Source: a virus (lineage: Duplodnaviria; Heunggongvirae; Uroviricota; Caudoviricetes). From it: a stretch of DNA of 40,367 nucleotides. This document shows positions 36,706 through 40,367 of this stretch, piece after piece (positions within the stretch are counted from its first letter, which is position 1; each line of letters begins with the position of its first letter). The position numbers and the translations under genes are program-made. The stretch lies in the IMG/VR virus record IMGVR_UViG_2728369591_000003; one strand, 5' to 3'. The notes below the pieces were generated by a model. The model saw only the letters and a program-made list of their open reading frames with translations, was not told the DNA's origin and searched no databases.

Positions 36706-37703
36706 TGCAATGGAATGAGGAAAAGCCGATGAACATCCTGATCATTGGGCGAAAATTTGCAGCCATCAGTGATGTGAAAACATATACGGAAATGTGGTCT
36801 TATAACCTGGCCTGCGCCTTTAGTGAGGCAGGGGTAACATTGCAATACCATCGTCCATATTCCCCTGGCGTCGAAAGCCCGGAGGATTATGTTGAAGCTG
36901 TGTTGACTGCTGCGACCGCATGTTCTGCGAAGGCCATTTTGGCACCAGGATTGAGGTATTTTACTACGGTACCCAGGGAAATAGGCATGCAACTGTGTCG
37001 CCGATTCTCTGGATGGGTAGCCCAGGTATATGACGGTTCTATGCTGGATTCGGCACCAGTCGATATTACTTTTACTGTCCGCGATGATACCTGGCGGTAC
37101 CTGGATAATCCCGGCAGGTTAGAGCGTCATAATCGTTTTAACAAACATGTTGGATGGGCAGCGAATCAGGAGCTGTTCCATCTGGAAACCAAAACAGACG
37201 ATATTCTGCGTATTTTTGTAGACCACGCTGCATTTGATGTTAGTGGTTTTGATCACTCCTTAAGTATCCTTATGAACCTTCAGCGTCTGACCGTTCCGTA
37301 TGAGGCCAGAACGTTGACTGATGACGGATTGGTTACCATTGATCCGGGGAATATTTCGGTAACTCCATACAGGCGGACGCCGGTGCCAGCAACCGAATTT
37401 GCAGCTGAATTGCGTAAGAGTGACGTTTTTATCGTTACGCATCCCGAAAGCCTTGGATTAACTGTTCTTGAGGCGGCAATGTGTGGAGCGTTGATATTAA
37501 CTCCGCCCGATTGCCTTCCGCCGGATCGCCTGGAGTTGGTGAACCATATGGTTATCAAGTCGCGGATTGATTGGGATGAGGTTATTGCTCGCGTTGATCG
37601 CGTGAAAAATGCTGAAAAGGTCCAGTGTCACACCTGGTCGGCAATTGCGGAAAAGATGCTTGAGACGTTTATCACGCAGAAACCGTCGCGCGGTAACGGA
37701 TAA
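36705..37703 (+). CDS. GT-B fold glycosyltransferase (GT4-like, 332 aa)
   Basis: ATG overlapping the ban stop (TAATG). C-terminal domain carries the E-x7-E signature in the context HPESLGLTVLEAAMCGALILTP, as in retaining GT4 enzymes. N-terminus MNILIIGRKF is typical of a GT-B N-domain. Confidence 0.55.
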   Translation: MQWNEEKPMNILIIGRKFAAISDVKTYTEMWSYNLACAFSEAGVTLQYHRPYSPGVESPEDYVEAVLTAATACSAKAILAPGLRYFTTVPREIGMQLCRRFSGWVAQVYDGSMLDSAPVDITFTVRDDTWRYLDNPGRLERHNRFNKHVGWAANQELFHLETKTDDILRIFVDHAAFDVSGFDHSLSILMNLQRLTVPYEARTLTDDGLVTIDPGNISVTPYRRTPVPATEFAAELRKSDVFIVTHPESLGLTVLEAAMCGALILTPPDCLPPDRLELVNHMVIKSRIDWDEVIARVDRVKNAEKVQCHTWSAIAEKMLETFITQKPSRGNG

Positions 37704-37724
37704 AAAATTGAACCCGTCATAACA

Positions 37725-37749
37725 GAAAAGCCCGATCGCCGGGCTTTTC

Positions 37750-37750
<1 letters not shown>
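37725..37750. terminator. Bidirectional terminator between the glycosyltransferase gene and the convergent baseplate operon
   Basis: AAAAGCCCG atcg CCGGGCTTTTCTT: a GC stem with flanking A and T runs. Confidence 0.55.

Positions 37751-40367
<2,617 letters not shown>

Overview
This window reads as a ~40-kb segment of a P1-like temperate phage-plasmid from an enterobacterial host. All calls are made by eye from the sequence and the ORF track; no searches were run, and gene names rest on my recollection of phage P1. Gene order left to right: tail fibre (partial), baseplate genes, Sit-like tape-measure protein with a lytic transglycosylase domain, tail assembly protein, tube; a secreted-protein pair at the position of the P1 sim locus; the immI-like icd-ant module, kilA-repL, and a Hok/Mok type I toxin; late genes including sheath and a probable major head protein; parS-parB-parA; an iteron-flanked repA replicon; upf-type genes; an RdgC homologue and a fused C5-cytosine/N6-adenine methyltransferase (Dmt-like); a 1.4-kb non-coding island with a tRNA-Thr-like gene and structured repeats; an SPFH lipoprotein; tRNA-Ile(CAU); the Ban DnaB-like helicase; a glycosyltransferase; and baseplate genes running off the right edge. 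Four copies of the 17-bp C1-repressor operator motif are present. No integrase, transposase or CRISPR array is visible. Elements I do not recall from canonical P1, and so the best candidates for something new, are a T5orf172/GIY-YIG-like gene between incA and parA, the hok/mok locus, the glycosyltransferase after ban, a RepA and iteron set that differ from P1, and a family of covarying RNA-like hairpins in the tRNA island.
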